From Marsupella aquatica (Eukaryota; Plantae; Marchantiophyta): DNA of 64,000 bases. Position 1 is the stretch's first letter, and each line of letters opens with the position of its first letter. The stretch is taken from NCBI GenBank assembly GCA_973895155.1, contig OZ316895.1:13696125-13760124 (forward strand), read 5' to 3'. Both the position numbers and the translations under genes were made by a program. Below are positions 1 through 12,095 of the stretch, in pieces. Under the pieces are notes generated by a model. The model was not told the DNA's origin and made no database searches. It saw only the letters and a program-made list of their open reading frames with translations.

Positions 1-129
1 ACTGAAGGCTCATTACAATGATCCACCCTAGTAGCCTTTCTTACATGAGACTAGATCACACCTTAATCTAGTCTAATCTAGTCATACTATATTATATTAA
101 TATAGTCACATGAGAAACTAAATCTTTCC

Positions 130-870
130 TAGATTGTAATGTTCCACAAGATGCTCAGATGGATTGCTCAAACTGGAACTTGCATGGACCTTTCTGAAAA
201 TTCTACTCAGATAGAAAAATTTAAGTTTATAGAAATGCTCACTTTTTGGGTGTCAGAAAGTGGTTGGTTCATAAGAGTTCCAAGGTTAAATATTGTTGTC
301 CAGACTATGGCTCCATTCAAATGTATCAGCCAGATCTTGTCCCTCATGCTCTAGTGCAGTGCTCTGCTGGAAGTAGTGGGTTTGGCTGGATTGCAGTCTA
401 TCGGTCAGTGGGGCTAGTCTGGGCTCCACGGCTGGTGTCCGACCGGTGGGTTCCGAAATTGCTCTTGGATGCGTTGTGGGCGGGGATGCGTTGTTGGCAG
501 CCTTGACAGTTTCTAGACTGAGTTTCTGGCTTTGGTTGGGATTTTTGGTTGCTCCCTTCTTTCATGCACTGTTCTTGCTATCTAGGCCTTGTTCAGTGGA
601 CGGTTCTCTGCTTTCTGGGGGTCCTCCTCTCCTTCGTGTTCTGCCGCCTCCCTTTCAGGCCGTCGTTTGACCCATCTTCTCTCTGGGGGTGCTCCCTCTT
701 TTGGCCCCCCTTGCTTTTGCTTTTGTCTTCTCCTGTTTCCTCCTCTCAGATGGGCGGCATTGTTTTGTTGGCTTCTCCAGTTAATAAAGTTTCTTGGGCG
801 TTCGCCCTTTCCCGGGGGAAAAAATATTGTTGTCCATATCAATATCAACTTTGTTACATGATCAATTAGT
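130..870 (+). mobile_element. Probable 3' remnant of a LINE-like dispersed repeat
   Basis: Degenerate ORFs, then a T/C-rich tract and an AT-rich end. Composition resembles minus-strand segments at ~25120-25480, ~30790-31070 and ~37180-37640, which share an 'aactgcatg(tt)gggagggt'-type motif among themselves. No intact RT seen. Confidence 0.35.
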
Positions 871-1249
871 GTTCCTTTTTTTCTCAAGTAGGCAGGAGGT
901 GAGTGGGCCAAAAATGACCTGGCATAAGGTGGACAGCCACCATCAAGGGCCTAGGTTGACTAATTCTGGCCTGGAACCCAATCAATGCCCTTCCAGGATA
1001 ACTGACAATATGCAAGTCCAGTGACCAGTGAGGAATGCAAAAGCTTGTTTGTACTACTATGTGCAAATACAAAATAGAGTTGTACAATAGATGTGTCATG
1101 AGGCCAGGTCAGGGAAAACCCCCAAATAAATGAATGAGGTTAATAGTTCCTGGAAAACTCATTTATTATAACCCCTGTCTTAGATGTTGCCCACTTGCCA
1201 TTCTCATTTAGGTGATAAAAGAGTCAGACCTCCAATTTTTTCAGGTGTT

Positions 1250-2095
1250 AAGACCTTTGTGTGCAAAGGGCTTTGGTGAACTCCACTTTGGGATGGGGTT
1301 TGTGCAAAAGGTGGTAAACTCATGAAACTTGAACTTGAAACCTTACATACCACAATGAAGACTCCTACTGTTGGACCATGCTTGTTGGGACAACTAACCT
1401 TGAACAAACTTTGCACGTACCTGGATCCGCACACCGCCAATTTTTCTAAGTGTAAATTCTTTTGTGTGCGAGGGGCTTTGGGAAAAGCCACTTTTGGGAT
1501 GGGGGTTTGTGCAAAAGCTGGCTAACTTGAAACCTCACATGCAACAATGAAGACTGTTACTCTTGGATTGTGCTAGTTGGGACAACTAATGTTGAACAAA
1601 TTTGCGCTTACCTGGATGTGCACACCCCTGATTTTCCAAGTCTCAAGTTTTTATGTGCAAAGAAATTTGGAGAACCCAATATGAAAAGTTTCACTTGATA
1701 GGACCCCTGAGTAATCCAGACCGTTGATTGACCTTGAATCAACGCACCTAAAACTTCAGGGGTTCTATCAAGTAAATTTTTTTATTTTGGGGTCCCCAAA
1801 TCCCTTTGCACAGAAAAACTTGAGACTTGGAAAATTAGGGGTGTGCAGATCCAGGCTCGGATCCAGGTAAGCGCAAATTTGGGTTTGAATGGGTCCATCA
1901 AGTATATATGTGCAAAGGGATTTGGAGAACCCAATATGAAAAGTTCAAGCCCCATCCCAAAAGTGGCTTGATAGGAGAGAATAGATTGTGCAAAAAGCTG
2001 GTTTACTCATGAAGCTTGAACTTGAAACCTCACATGCAACAATAAAGACTACTACTGCTGGACTAAGCTTGCTGGGATGACTAATGTCAAACAAA
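1250..2095. repeat. Degenerate ~200-bp tandem units containing a long inverted repeat (foldback)
   Basis: Unit 'tgtgcaaa...cttgaaacctcacatgcaacaatgaagact...gggacaactaa' recurs near 1300, 1510 and 1990. Arm ~1597-1712 (aaatttgcgcttacctggat...cttgataggacccctga) is reverse-complementary to ~1754-1881 (tcaggggttctatcaag...atccaggtaagcgcaaattt). Confidence 0.8.
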
Positions 2096-2653
2096 CTCTT
2101 AACTCTTACATGGATCAGAGCACCATAGGTGGCTGTCGGAATATGAAGATGCGCACCCTCATGTATTCAACTTCTGTGGGCACTGGATCGCATATGGATA
2201 ATTCCACATCAAAATGTGTTAATATATGGTGTATACTGATATAAATAGAAAAAACCATCTTTATCATGAATGAGACATCTACTTGATGGACCCATGAGTG
2301 ATCCAAAGGGTTGATAGATCTCAAATCAATGTACCCAAAAACTCATGGGGTTTCATGGGGTCTAGTAAATAAGACATTTCAATTTAGGGTCCATCAAGTA
2401 TATCTCTCAGTGACATGTTACACCGTGTGATTTAAATAGAAAAATCATGTTTATCAATTATCATAGTATGGAGTGAGGTGGTAGAATATATACAGTCCCA
2501 TTATGATGGGCAATGAAAGGGGCTGGCAACATAACAACATTGACTTATGTGGGCTATGGGGTCAGGCCATAATGGGCAACATTGGATGATGGGACCCAAC
2601 AGAGAACAATAAATGAGTTTTGCGACTGTAATTCCAAAACGTGACTGACTCAC

Positions 2654-3200
2654 TTCCCCGAAAGAATATGATCCCCCACTTTGGAATCCCACAGATCGAG
2701 AAGTCAGAGGCTTTGATGAAACGGCGATGGCGATTGGATCCCGTTTCCCGATGAACGAATCCTATTTCTGATTTTCTGCAATGCTGTAGTCTGTAGACAG
2801 TAGGAGACCATGATGCTATGCTGCCAGCCAGGCCTAATAATGTCCGACAACATTGGCTTTACACCGGCCTTCTTATCGACTCGCAGTGTCGCACTCGCTC
2901 CCTCCATCCATTCCATCGACGATCGATCCGTCGATCCACCGGCAAGGGCGGGTGGTCCTCTCATCTCATCGTTCTCTGGTCGGTCATCTCCGCACACAGA
3001 AGAAGTCCCTCTGCTGTTGAATGCTCTTATTCGTCCGGTGGCAAGTCCGAATCGTCAACCTGCCTGCCGCTTGCTTGCTTGCTTGCTCGCTGATCAGTAC
3101 AAAGTAAGTTGCTGCCAGCCTTCATTTGCGCCTCACCCACATCGGGCCGCCCCCGCTATTTGGTTCTCGGGTTTTGAAGCTATTATTTTCAACCTGCGCA
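2654..3200 (-). other. Possible first (5'UTR) exon and promoter of a minus-strand gene continuing left of the window
   Basis: CpG-rich, non-repetitive island in AT-rich surroundings, ending at a strong minus-strand donor GAA|GTGAGT (2653). No recognisable protein. Confidence 0.3.
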
Positions 3201-3465
3201 AATCTGGATTCTGCTTTCATCACTTTTCAAAGCTATTTGATTATCTACGCCTGGAATTCATCTTTCCTGACAATCGGCGCAAATGTTAAGGTTTAGAGAA
3301 AGAGAATGATTGTAAATCTTTCCATCAACGAGATAAGAATGCAGGATGGAAAGTCTGGTGTTAGAGGAGGTTGGGTGCAGTTCCGTAATTCCTGTCAGGA
3401 GAAGAGGTTACCCCTGTGTAACTATTTCTGGAGGGGCCTGCTATAGTCATAATCTGCTCTCCTGA

Positions 3466-3790
3466 AAAGTCTAACAGATAACCTCTTTCCGGGCAAGAGT
3501 TAAGTACGCTAGTGCAGGTCTGGGCTGGGGTTATAGACTGTAACCTACTCCCCGAATATTCAAAGAAGCTTTCTGGCTATCGCCATTCAGTTTCTTTTCA
3601 TATTCCAGACGCAAGGTTATAGCCTAGAAAAGTCTAGCCGGTAACCTCTTTTCGGGCAGGAGTTGCGTACGCTAGTGCAGGTCTGGGTTGGGGTTATAGA
3701 CTATAACATGTTCCCCGAATATTCAAAGAAGCTTTTCGGCTACCGTCGTTCAGCTTTTTTTCATATTCCAGATGCAAGGTTACAGCCTAG
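3466..3790. repeat. ~163-bp direct tandem duplication
   Basis: 'aaaagtcta...taacctcttt...gtacgctagtgcaggtctggg...ttccccgaatattcaaagaagct...gcaaggtta(t/c)agcctag' occurs twice. Confidence 0.85.
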
Positions 3791-4259
3791 TAACCCTGCG
3801 CCCAGACCTGCATTACCCTATACTTTTACCCGGTCAAGTAGGAACAGAACTAGAGAACGACAGGAGGAAAGAGCCTAGGAAGAGAGCAAAGGGTGGGAAC
3901 TCCGTTTTAGTGGATGAAGTGGGCATTTAGGTTTGGTGTGTAGAATAGCCTGAGAACGGGGTCAACGTGTGTATGTGAGAGGAACCATTTCCATCTCAAC
4001 ATTGGGGTTAATTTGGAGTCTCTGTTGCTTCCTGGTTGTTGCTTTGGTGGGAACATTGCAATTGACAAGAAAATCTTTGTTGGCCTTCGGATCTACATGC
4101 ATTATCCATTCACCGATATATTAACAACATAGGTCAATTTTCATGAAGATGAATTGACTTAGCAAATGGGGTTTGCTCTGCAGCGGGGAGGAAATTCCCC
4201 CTCACTGGACCTTTGACACTAGTACCTTGTCTGTCTCGCTTACACTGAAGTTCGGCTGA

Positions 4260-4468
4260 CGCGCAGAAAGTAGCAAGACAAGGACACTCATGCCTAGCTT
4301 ACCTGTTTTAACAATTGCTCTCTTTGTTTCTTGGTTCGACAAGAAACATTACAAGAAATACGCACAGAAAGTAACAAGACAAGGACACTCATGCCCAGCT
4401 TACCTGTTTTAACAATTGCTCTCTTTGTTTCTTGGTTCGACAAGAAACATTACGAGAAATACGCACAG
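4260..4468. repeat. ~101-bp near-perfect tandem duplication
   Basis: 'cagaaagta(g/a)caagacaaggacactcatgcc...cgacaagaaacattac(a/g)agaaatacgcacag' occurs twice. Confidence 0.9.
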
Positions 4469-5620
4469 CGGTAGCCCAGCCATTGCTACCTCCTTGGGAC
4501 CTCCCTTGTCTAGGTATATTGATTGCGAAATTCAAGTCGTCAGCATCAATCACTCAATGTACTCTAAGTGACCGCCTATCCTGGTATGGATGACCTCTTT
4601 ATGGATGACGGAATATTGGGCGGTGAGGTTGTAGAGGTGTTCACTCGGCAAAAGATGACAAACGTGCGGATCGCTGGAACGGAGTGTGAGACGATTGTTC
4701 GGACATTCTCAATCTTCACGTCGAACTTGATGAAGATTGTGTGTCCGAAGACATTTCCTGGAGTCCTAGTTTCGCACCCTCCAGCCGCCTGCAATTGTCT
4801 ATCCCCTCCAGGAACCTTCGCCTTGCGAGCTCATTACTGTTCATCCGTTTGGTGCCAGCTAGTCCGTAGGTCACGGACATGTTGATCCATGTCCAGTATA
4901 GTGACAAAATGTGGTCGAGTCGATCCGCTGGATTGAGCCGGAGTCAATAAGGACTCATGACAACATGAAGTTTACTTCACAGAAAGTTCGGTGAGTACAA
5001 AGGTTCCATTCCGTAGAGTCTTCCAGACGTGTTAGCTGTAACAGGTTCTAGGTTCAGTACATGACTGCATCCTAGTCCCAATCAATTTCTCCTGACTAAA
5101 AAGAGAACCAGAACTTTATGTTCTTGGTAAAACAAACAATGGGTACGCAACCCAATCCAGTAACGATGTCCAACTTTCATACCCCTAGTTGGTTGGTGAC
5201 GAAACCCAGTCGGCACGACTCCTTAACAGTTGGTCCAGACATTCACCATCTACAATTCATAGAAGCGACTCTATTGATGATACACTCTGATGGATCGGAT
5301 CTTCTATTACTTAACATATACAAAGCTTTTGCAAGTTGGTTATAGTGTTGTACACAGCAGGGGAGTATTACTATCAATGCATAGCTGTGGCTCTAAATGA
5401 ATGTCCTAAACTAACAAGATCTCGAACAGATGTAAGGAAAATGTCTTTGAGCATTTTTTCCTGAGCACTCGAAAATGAAAGCGCTCGTGGTGCTGCTACA
5501 GATCGGCCCTGACCATGCCAAATCCTCTCGAAATACACCCACATGTACGTAAACGTATGTACTCACCTAAAGCCGGACTATCTACCTGCTCTGGGAAGAA
5601 TTAGGGAGGACTTTTTCTTT

Positions 5621-8600
5621 CTAACCCTCATACCTCCTATATTTCTTTATATAGGCGGCCTGGTGTGGACTATCAACAAAGTTATCATCACTGTCCTCAT
5701 CCATCGGTTTGGATGGAGACATATCCTTAGATGACAATTGTTTGAGAATCCTTTCTTGATTGACGTTATCTGTTCGCCTAGACCGAGCATCCCTGCTTAT
5801 TCTTCGATCCTGCAAACATGACGACGAAGAATCATGTTTCCACAACTACTTCCCCTTCACAAGCTTATCCAACTCATGCTGAAATTATGAATCATATAAC
5901 TACACAATGTTTTAATTATCAGATCTCTGGTGGAGATGCAATTTTCAGCCAATTGTTCGCTTACGTCTTTGAAGGGGAAGTCCTCAGCCTCGAGCATGTG
6001 AACAACCTGGCCCATTTTCGGCCTCTTTGAAGAATCAGGATCCACACAGCGCAATGCAACCAGTAGTGACCTTTTCAGAGCTCTTGAAGTTGGCTTCGGC
6101 TCAAGATTGGGGTCTGCTACTTCCTCTGACCTTCTATTGCCAACCATCATTTTTAACCAATCCACCAAATTAACCTGCAGTGGCAAGTTCATTAACAATT
6201 GAACAATACTTTAGTGGAATGTTGTAGCACTTCCTCATTGCATTCCGATTAGGGTAACACTTGACCAAGGACGGGAATTCACAACCTAGCACTCTCAGAA
6301 TAAAACATTTTTCATTCCAGAGTTTCATCTTTTAGAGACAGAAAGCTAAGACACTAGAAGGGTAAGAGTTACCACCGGGTCATACATGCCTCAAACAAAA
6401 TTCAATCAAAGACAACTACAGTGAAATCCTGAGATCCAACCAAGTTTTATTGGAGCCGAAAAATCTATACCTCTCCAGGAGGGCGACTGTAATCAACTGG
6501 ATCTCTGCCCGTGATAATTTCCATCAGAAGCACACCAAAACTGTATACATCACTTCTCTCATTGAGAAGCCCAGTGTTGGCATACTCCGGGGCCACATAA
6601 CTGGGAACAGTGCCACAAATTGGATTGTAAGAAAACCATGATTAGATCATTGGTAACGGATACATCCATGAAGACAATAGAAGAACAGGGAAATTACCCA
6701 AAAGTACCCATGACACGTGTTGTAACATGGCTTTTCCCAGAACCAAGTAGCTTCGCAAGTCCGAAGTCAGAGACCTTGGCATTCCACTGCCCATCCACCA
6801 AAATATTACTCGACTTGATATCCCTGTGCACGACCTTTGGCTCCAGAGCTTCGTGTAAATAGGCCAATCTGAATGGCAGATAACAATCATTCGAGAGTTA
6901 GCATCTCTTATTATTCCATTAAGTCGACGTTACAGAACAATTTTTATCCAAATCCCTATTGCCTGCAATTCTTTATATGTGCCGATTGTTTACAACAGAC
7001 CATATGAATTATGAGCCGTCAACTAGTACATGGGCAAGGGTAGGACGCAATACCCCTTGGCAGTGCCCATGACAATCCTCATTCGAGCTTCCCAGGTCAT
7101 GGCATTTGAGGTAGCAATAGGACCGTGCAGCCATTGCTCCAGATTACCATTGTCAACGTATTCGTAGACCAGCATCCTGTGCACAGATAAAAGCATCTTT
7201 CAGAATTGGCTGAATCCTGTGGACTAAACTGTACGTGCGGAAATGAGTTGAAATTAGACCTACCGCCTGGCCAAGTGGGACCAGGCTCTGCGACGATAGA
7301 ATATAATTAATCTGAATTGTGCAAGTAAATTAGATTTATTTTGACCAGCGGCTCTTTTTCTAGTTGCGTTGACTACACAATGAATCTTCAGAAGGAAGAA
7401 TCCATTCTCCAAGTTCTTAGTGAGGAAGACAATAAAACCCATAACGTAAGTAGGGCAGGGCGACTAGTGACCTGTGTTGTGCTCCTTCCGCACAGTAGCC
7501 GAGTAATCGAACCAAATTCTTGTGTCGGACTCTTCCGATAGCTTCCACTTCCACCCTGAATTCCTTCTCCGCTTGTCCTCGACTGTAAATCACGCAGAGA
7601 CATTTAGCTCGTTAGGAGAATTACATAATGACTGTAGCTTTTCGGAATATTGTATCCGCTTTCCGATTGGCCGCTGAATTCTGAGATAGCTCCACAGCTC
7701 CGACCAGCGAAGTGCATCCCCAGGACAGACTTTCGCGTAACAAGGTTCTTCTCGACTTCAGAATTCAGGAGCCCAACTTTGTCGTCTTCTCCACGAAACA
7801 GACAAAACACTACGGGCCCTCAAAAATTCAGTAAGGAGTGAACCCCAGTTATTTTGTCCTTGAATCTCCAGGGATCAACAAAAGCACAAAACCTAACATA
7901 CACAATTGGACCGGCAGATCCACGGTGAAACAAGATCTACGGGAAGCAAACATGTGAACCGGGCAGTCGGATGAACCAACACGCAATGCACGCAAGTGAC
8001 CTTGGCGCTCAGACGAACCAACAGCCATGCATGCATGCACGTCCTTCTCAATTCAACAGGGGGAAAAGGATCTCCATACCGCCGATCTAGGATGTCAAGA
8101 CTATTCATCGATGACAACACTACGCAGGAGATATCAAGAAAATCCTCTTACCTATTGTTGAGAAGTTTCTTGACGGCGACCAGAGTCCCGTCTGGAAGCT
8201 GTCCCCTGTAGACTATACCATAACCCCCTTCACCCAAAACATTCCCCTCAGCAAACCCATCTGTGGCAGCTTCCAACTCACGCAGGGTGTACCAGTGTCC
8301 CCACCCTAAGTGAGAAACCTCGGGCCCAGACATGGGTGCCTCTCCATTCCGGCCATCTGCACTCAAGTTAGATCCCCTGTCTGGGGTGTCAGCAGCCAAT
8401 AATGCACGCCGTTCTCCATCCGAGCTACCTTTAGAATCCCCTCCTTGGTGGGCTATGTGGTTTAGTCCTCTGTCATGGTAGGACCCTTCCTGGAACTCTT
8501 GGCCTTGAGCAGATCCCGCCTGTCGACCTCTTTCATCACGAGTCTTTTCATTTGCCTGTAGGTTTACCTTCCCAACCTGAGCATCTTGCCTGCCTTGCTG

Positions 8601-8963
8601 ATGATACTTCTCCTGTTCTCCCTTCGCATTGAATCCCAAATGCAGTATCATTTTCTCTGCGGAATCCTTCTCACCGGAATTCTCACTGATTGTGAGTAAG
8701 ATGCCATCCGGTGGGGGCAGGTAGGTGTTCCCCACCCTGTCGACCTTCACTTCCTTTATCTCCTTCGCATCATCGGGGATTCCTGTGAGAGGAAGCTTGT
8801 CGATTTCCTTGCGAGATTTCCTGCCCTTTCGACACACCAGCCAAATCATGAGAACAAAGAGGATCAGCAAAATACTCAGTCCTATTACTATGACGATGTC
8901 CACCCATAGCTTCAGGCCGAATATGCTCGTTTTCTTGGAAAGATGGTCGCCCAGAAAGCTCAT
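5621..8963 (-). CDS. Membrane-anchored receptor-like Ser/Thr kinase, RLCK-V family (At1g01540/At5g18500-like), 7 coding exons
   Basis: Exons 8963-8152, 7582-7472, 7176-7054, 6868-6698, 6600-6471, 6174-5965, 5809-5621, all GT-AG and phase-consistent. N-terminal [14 protein letters not shown] plus TM helix, then [69 protein letters not shown]. Confidence 0.95.
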
Positions 8964-11150
8964 CTTGAAGACCCTCGTCTTCTCTCTACGCGGAAATAAA
9001 CTTACGACACCTCCGGAAGCTTCCACAACTTAGCTTAGCTGGGGAGGGGATTAAATATATCAAAGCTTGGTGTTCTCGATTGGAAATCCTCGCTATCTAA
9101 GGCCACATCCCCCCACCGGAGACCACCCTCCAGAGCATGAAGCAGATCGAAGATTGCATGATGAGCTGCTCAATATCCACCAACAAATCATGACGGCACC
9201 CCGGGTGGCGTCCTAGAACTGAGGATCAACCCCAACTCGTCAATGTGAAATCGGATAGCCAACGAATGTGACGCCAAGTTCCCACCATAGAGCTTAAGAA
9301 TTCCGGAAAGACTCACAGCCTGCGCCTTCCTCTCGATACACTTCCGCGATCACAGTCAGAGCGATAACTTTCCTGGTAGGTCCTTGTCAACTCTAAGACG
9401 GCTGGCAGTAAGACAGTACTCAAAGTTCTGCTGTTCTGCTGAACCAAGATGTGATGTTAGTACTTCTGCTCCTCGGATTGGCTTGGGAGTCCCAACTAGT
9501 TGATCACTCTCGTCAGCCAACGAGGTTTCTGCTGGGTGAGGTTAACAGCTACAGCACACTCCTTCTAGTTTAACTTAGAACCACCATTGAGCGTGACCCG
9601 TCCTCGAGCGACTGACAGAACCTGTGGAGCACTCTTTCCTGGAGGGTCACCTGCTATGACATTCCCGACGAAACTCCGACTTATGCACGAGGAGTACCGT
9701 AGCTGTCTGCGCAAGTGCGCATTTGCCTTTTCGCTCTCCACTTGCCGAGCCTAGCACGCACATTGTCCGCCCAGGGGGATCACCGGGCCCGTACGAGCTT
9801 GAATCTGCACGTAAGATATGACAGCATCTACCATGCTTCCCAACTCCTGCCCGGACTACAATGCGCACACTCCGTTCAGGTACCGTAAATCAAGAAGAAG
9901 AAGAAAAACGCCTTCAAGTTACGGCATCTCCCGCAGCAGCTGCAGGCAGATGATGCTGGAGAAGAATCATACAGACTGTGAAGAATGCGGAGCAATACTG
10001 CGTCAACAACTTGAGAACAAAAGTCTGATGCTCCTAAACACAGATACTCTATTGCCCTGCAAATGACAAACGAGACTTGTCAAATATGAGTCTCGTCTTC
10101 TGCTCCTCCTCCTCCTCCACAGTTTCTTCTTTGAGTTTTCTCCGTTTCTATCTACAACAGCCTCCTCTTCGTTTCTCAAACCTAGATGTGTCTGCCATTC
10201 GCACTGCTCCCAAAACTAGTTTCCTTCTCTTCACTGGAATGGAACACACAAGTGCAAATGCAGAAAGCTGTCTCTCCTCCGTCACACGCTCAGTGTCTCC
10301 ACCTCTACTCACACCACTGGAGTCGTCCCTGCGGGTAAGAACCCAGCCCACAAGCTCTGTCCAAGTCCTTCTTACAACACGCCAATGGCAGTGGCAGCAA
10401 CCAGCAGCAGAAGGATCAGCTGCAGGACTTGGACTCTCGAAACGAGAAGAAACCAAGGAGGACGTAGCCTTGTCCACGCCCTACCTGCCTGCCCAGACGC
10501 CAGCTACAAAGCAATGTCAATGTAGCCGCTACAGTAATCTTACTCGCTGCACAGGATGATGTGCCCAGAAAGGAGGATGATGGAGGAGGATGGAACAAGG
10601 AACGAGGCAGACGAAACTGCAATAATTTGCAGTCCCGGGCTCTGTACTTTGACGAAATGCAACAATGCCAAATGCGAGAGCAACGCAGGAGTGAGGAGTG
10701 TCAAACCAGAAGAGCTCGCTCGTTCGTGTGACGAGCACAGAATGAAGGACGGGAACGATGGTATGGGAGGAAGGAGCAACGAAAGATCAGGGAAAAAGAG
10801 AGCGAGAGTACCAGCTAAGCTCTACCCAAATATGTGGGAGCCATGCTGGCATGCAGGACGCAAGGCTAAGGCTGGCTGAAGCATTGCAATGCGGCAAATG
10901 CAAGAACACAGCAGTGGTGGGGGGGATCGAGGGGAAGGAAGTGGGGTGAGGAAGGATCATCGTAATCTTCTACACTACTATTATTGTAGTGTAGAACTCG
11001 AGCCCAGATAATCCGAAGTGCCAAACAAAACAATCTGCAGGAGCTGTCTAGCCTCTGCCTGCCCCAAGGGCCTTGCCTGACAGGCAAGACTGCGAGAGAG
11101 TGAGTGAGAGAGTGAAGTGGGAGGAATCCCACTGACGACTTACTACTGGT
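8964..11150 (-). promoter_or_regulatory. Long 5' leader/promoter of the kinase (probable UTR intron, upstream ORFs)
   Basis: CpG-rich unique sequence with CT/GA tracts (~10080-10150, ~11093-11115), candidate acceptor CAG|GT near 9622, several upstream ATGs. Confidence 0.4.
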
Positions 11151-11164
11151 CACCATGCCTGCCT

Positions 11165-12095
11165 GATGAGCACTGGCAGGGCTCGTTGGCGTCTTTAGTA
11201 GCAGGGCAAACACGAGGGCAAAGGCACCAACACCCTCCCCAACCAAAACCCATAGATATAGTTGGGCCTCTCAGAACTCAGCCGCCGGCCTGAGTAGTGG
11301 GTTAGTCCCATAAGGTAGTTAGAGGACCAAGTTACCGAGTAAAGAAAATGAGGCCGATGCTGGATTAGTCCCATAAAGTGGTTACGAGACCAAGCTACCG
11401 AGTAAGGAAATTAGGGAGATGCAGCATTGGGCAAACGGGCAAGAATGCTCTCACCACCCAATTGATAGATATATACTTGGCTGTCTCAAAACTCAGCCCC
11501 GCAGGCCTGAGTTGTGGGTTGGTCCCGAAAGCTGGTTATAGGACCTAGCGATGGATTAAAGAAATTAAAGGGATACAGTGTTGGGCGTCTTTAGGAGAAG
11601 GGCAAACAAAGGGCAACTGGGGAAAAATACTCTCCCCACCCGATTGATAGATATACTTTGGCGTCTCAAAACTCAGCTGCGGGCCTGAGTTGTGGGTTAG
11701 GTTCATAAGGTGGTTACAGGACCAAGTTATTGATTTAAGCAAATAAAGTGCAGCATTGAGCGTCTTTGGCAAATGGGCAGAAATACTCTCCCCAACCCAA
11801 CCAATAGATACAGTAGTAGTGCATCTCAAACTCAACCTGGACCCTCAGTTGTGTGTTAGTCCCATAACTCAATTTACAGGACCAACTTATCGATAAAGGG
11901 AGATGCAGCATTGGTAGTCTTTAGTAGAAGGGCAAACATGAGGGCAATATGGGCAGAAAATACTTTCCCCAACCGATAGATGCAATAGGGCATCTCAAAA
12001 CTCCTTTTTGGGCCTGAGTTGTGGGTTAGTCCCATAAGTCAGGTTACATGACCAATTCATTGATTTAAAAAGTAGGAGGATGCAGCATTGAGGTC
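11165..12095. repeat. Degenerate tandem array, ~155-180-bp unit, ~5-6 copies
   Basis: Recurrent 'gatgcagcattg...gggcaaa...ctctcccca...gatagat...tctcaaaactcagc...ggcctgagttgtgggttagtcccataag...ggaccaagtt'. Confidence 0.85.

Noticed and set aside
4568-4907. Overlapping 60-105-aa ORFs downstream of the kinase
   Set aside because: No recognisable motifs or splice model; not supportable as a gene.
8964-9026. N-terminal extension of the kinase from GTG at 9026
   Set aside because: Family similarity begins at the ATG at 8963; the longer ORF reflects the ORF caller allowing GTG starts.
11165-12095. CRISPR-like array
   Set aside because: Whole units repeat with no unique spacers, the context is eukaryotic and no cas genes are present; it is an ordinary tandem repeat.
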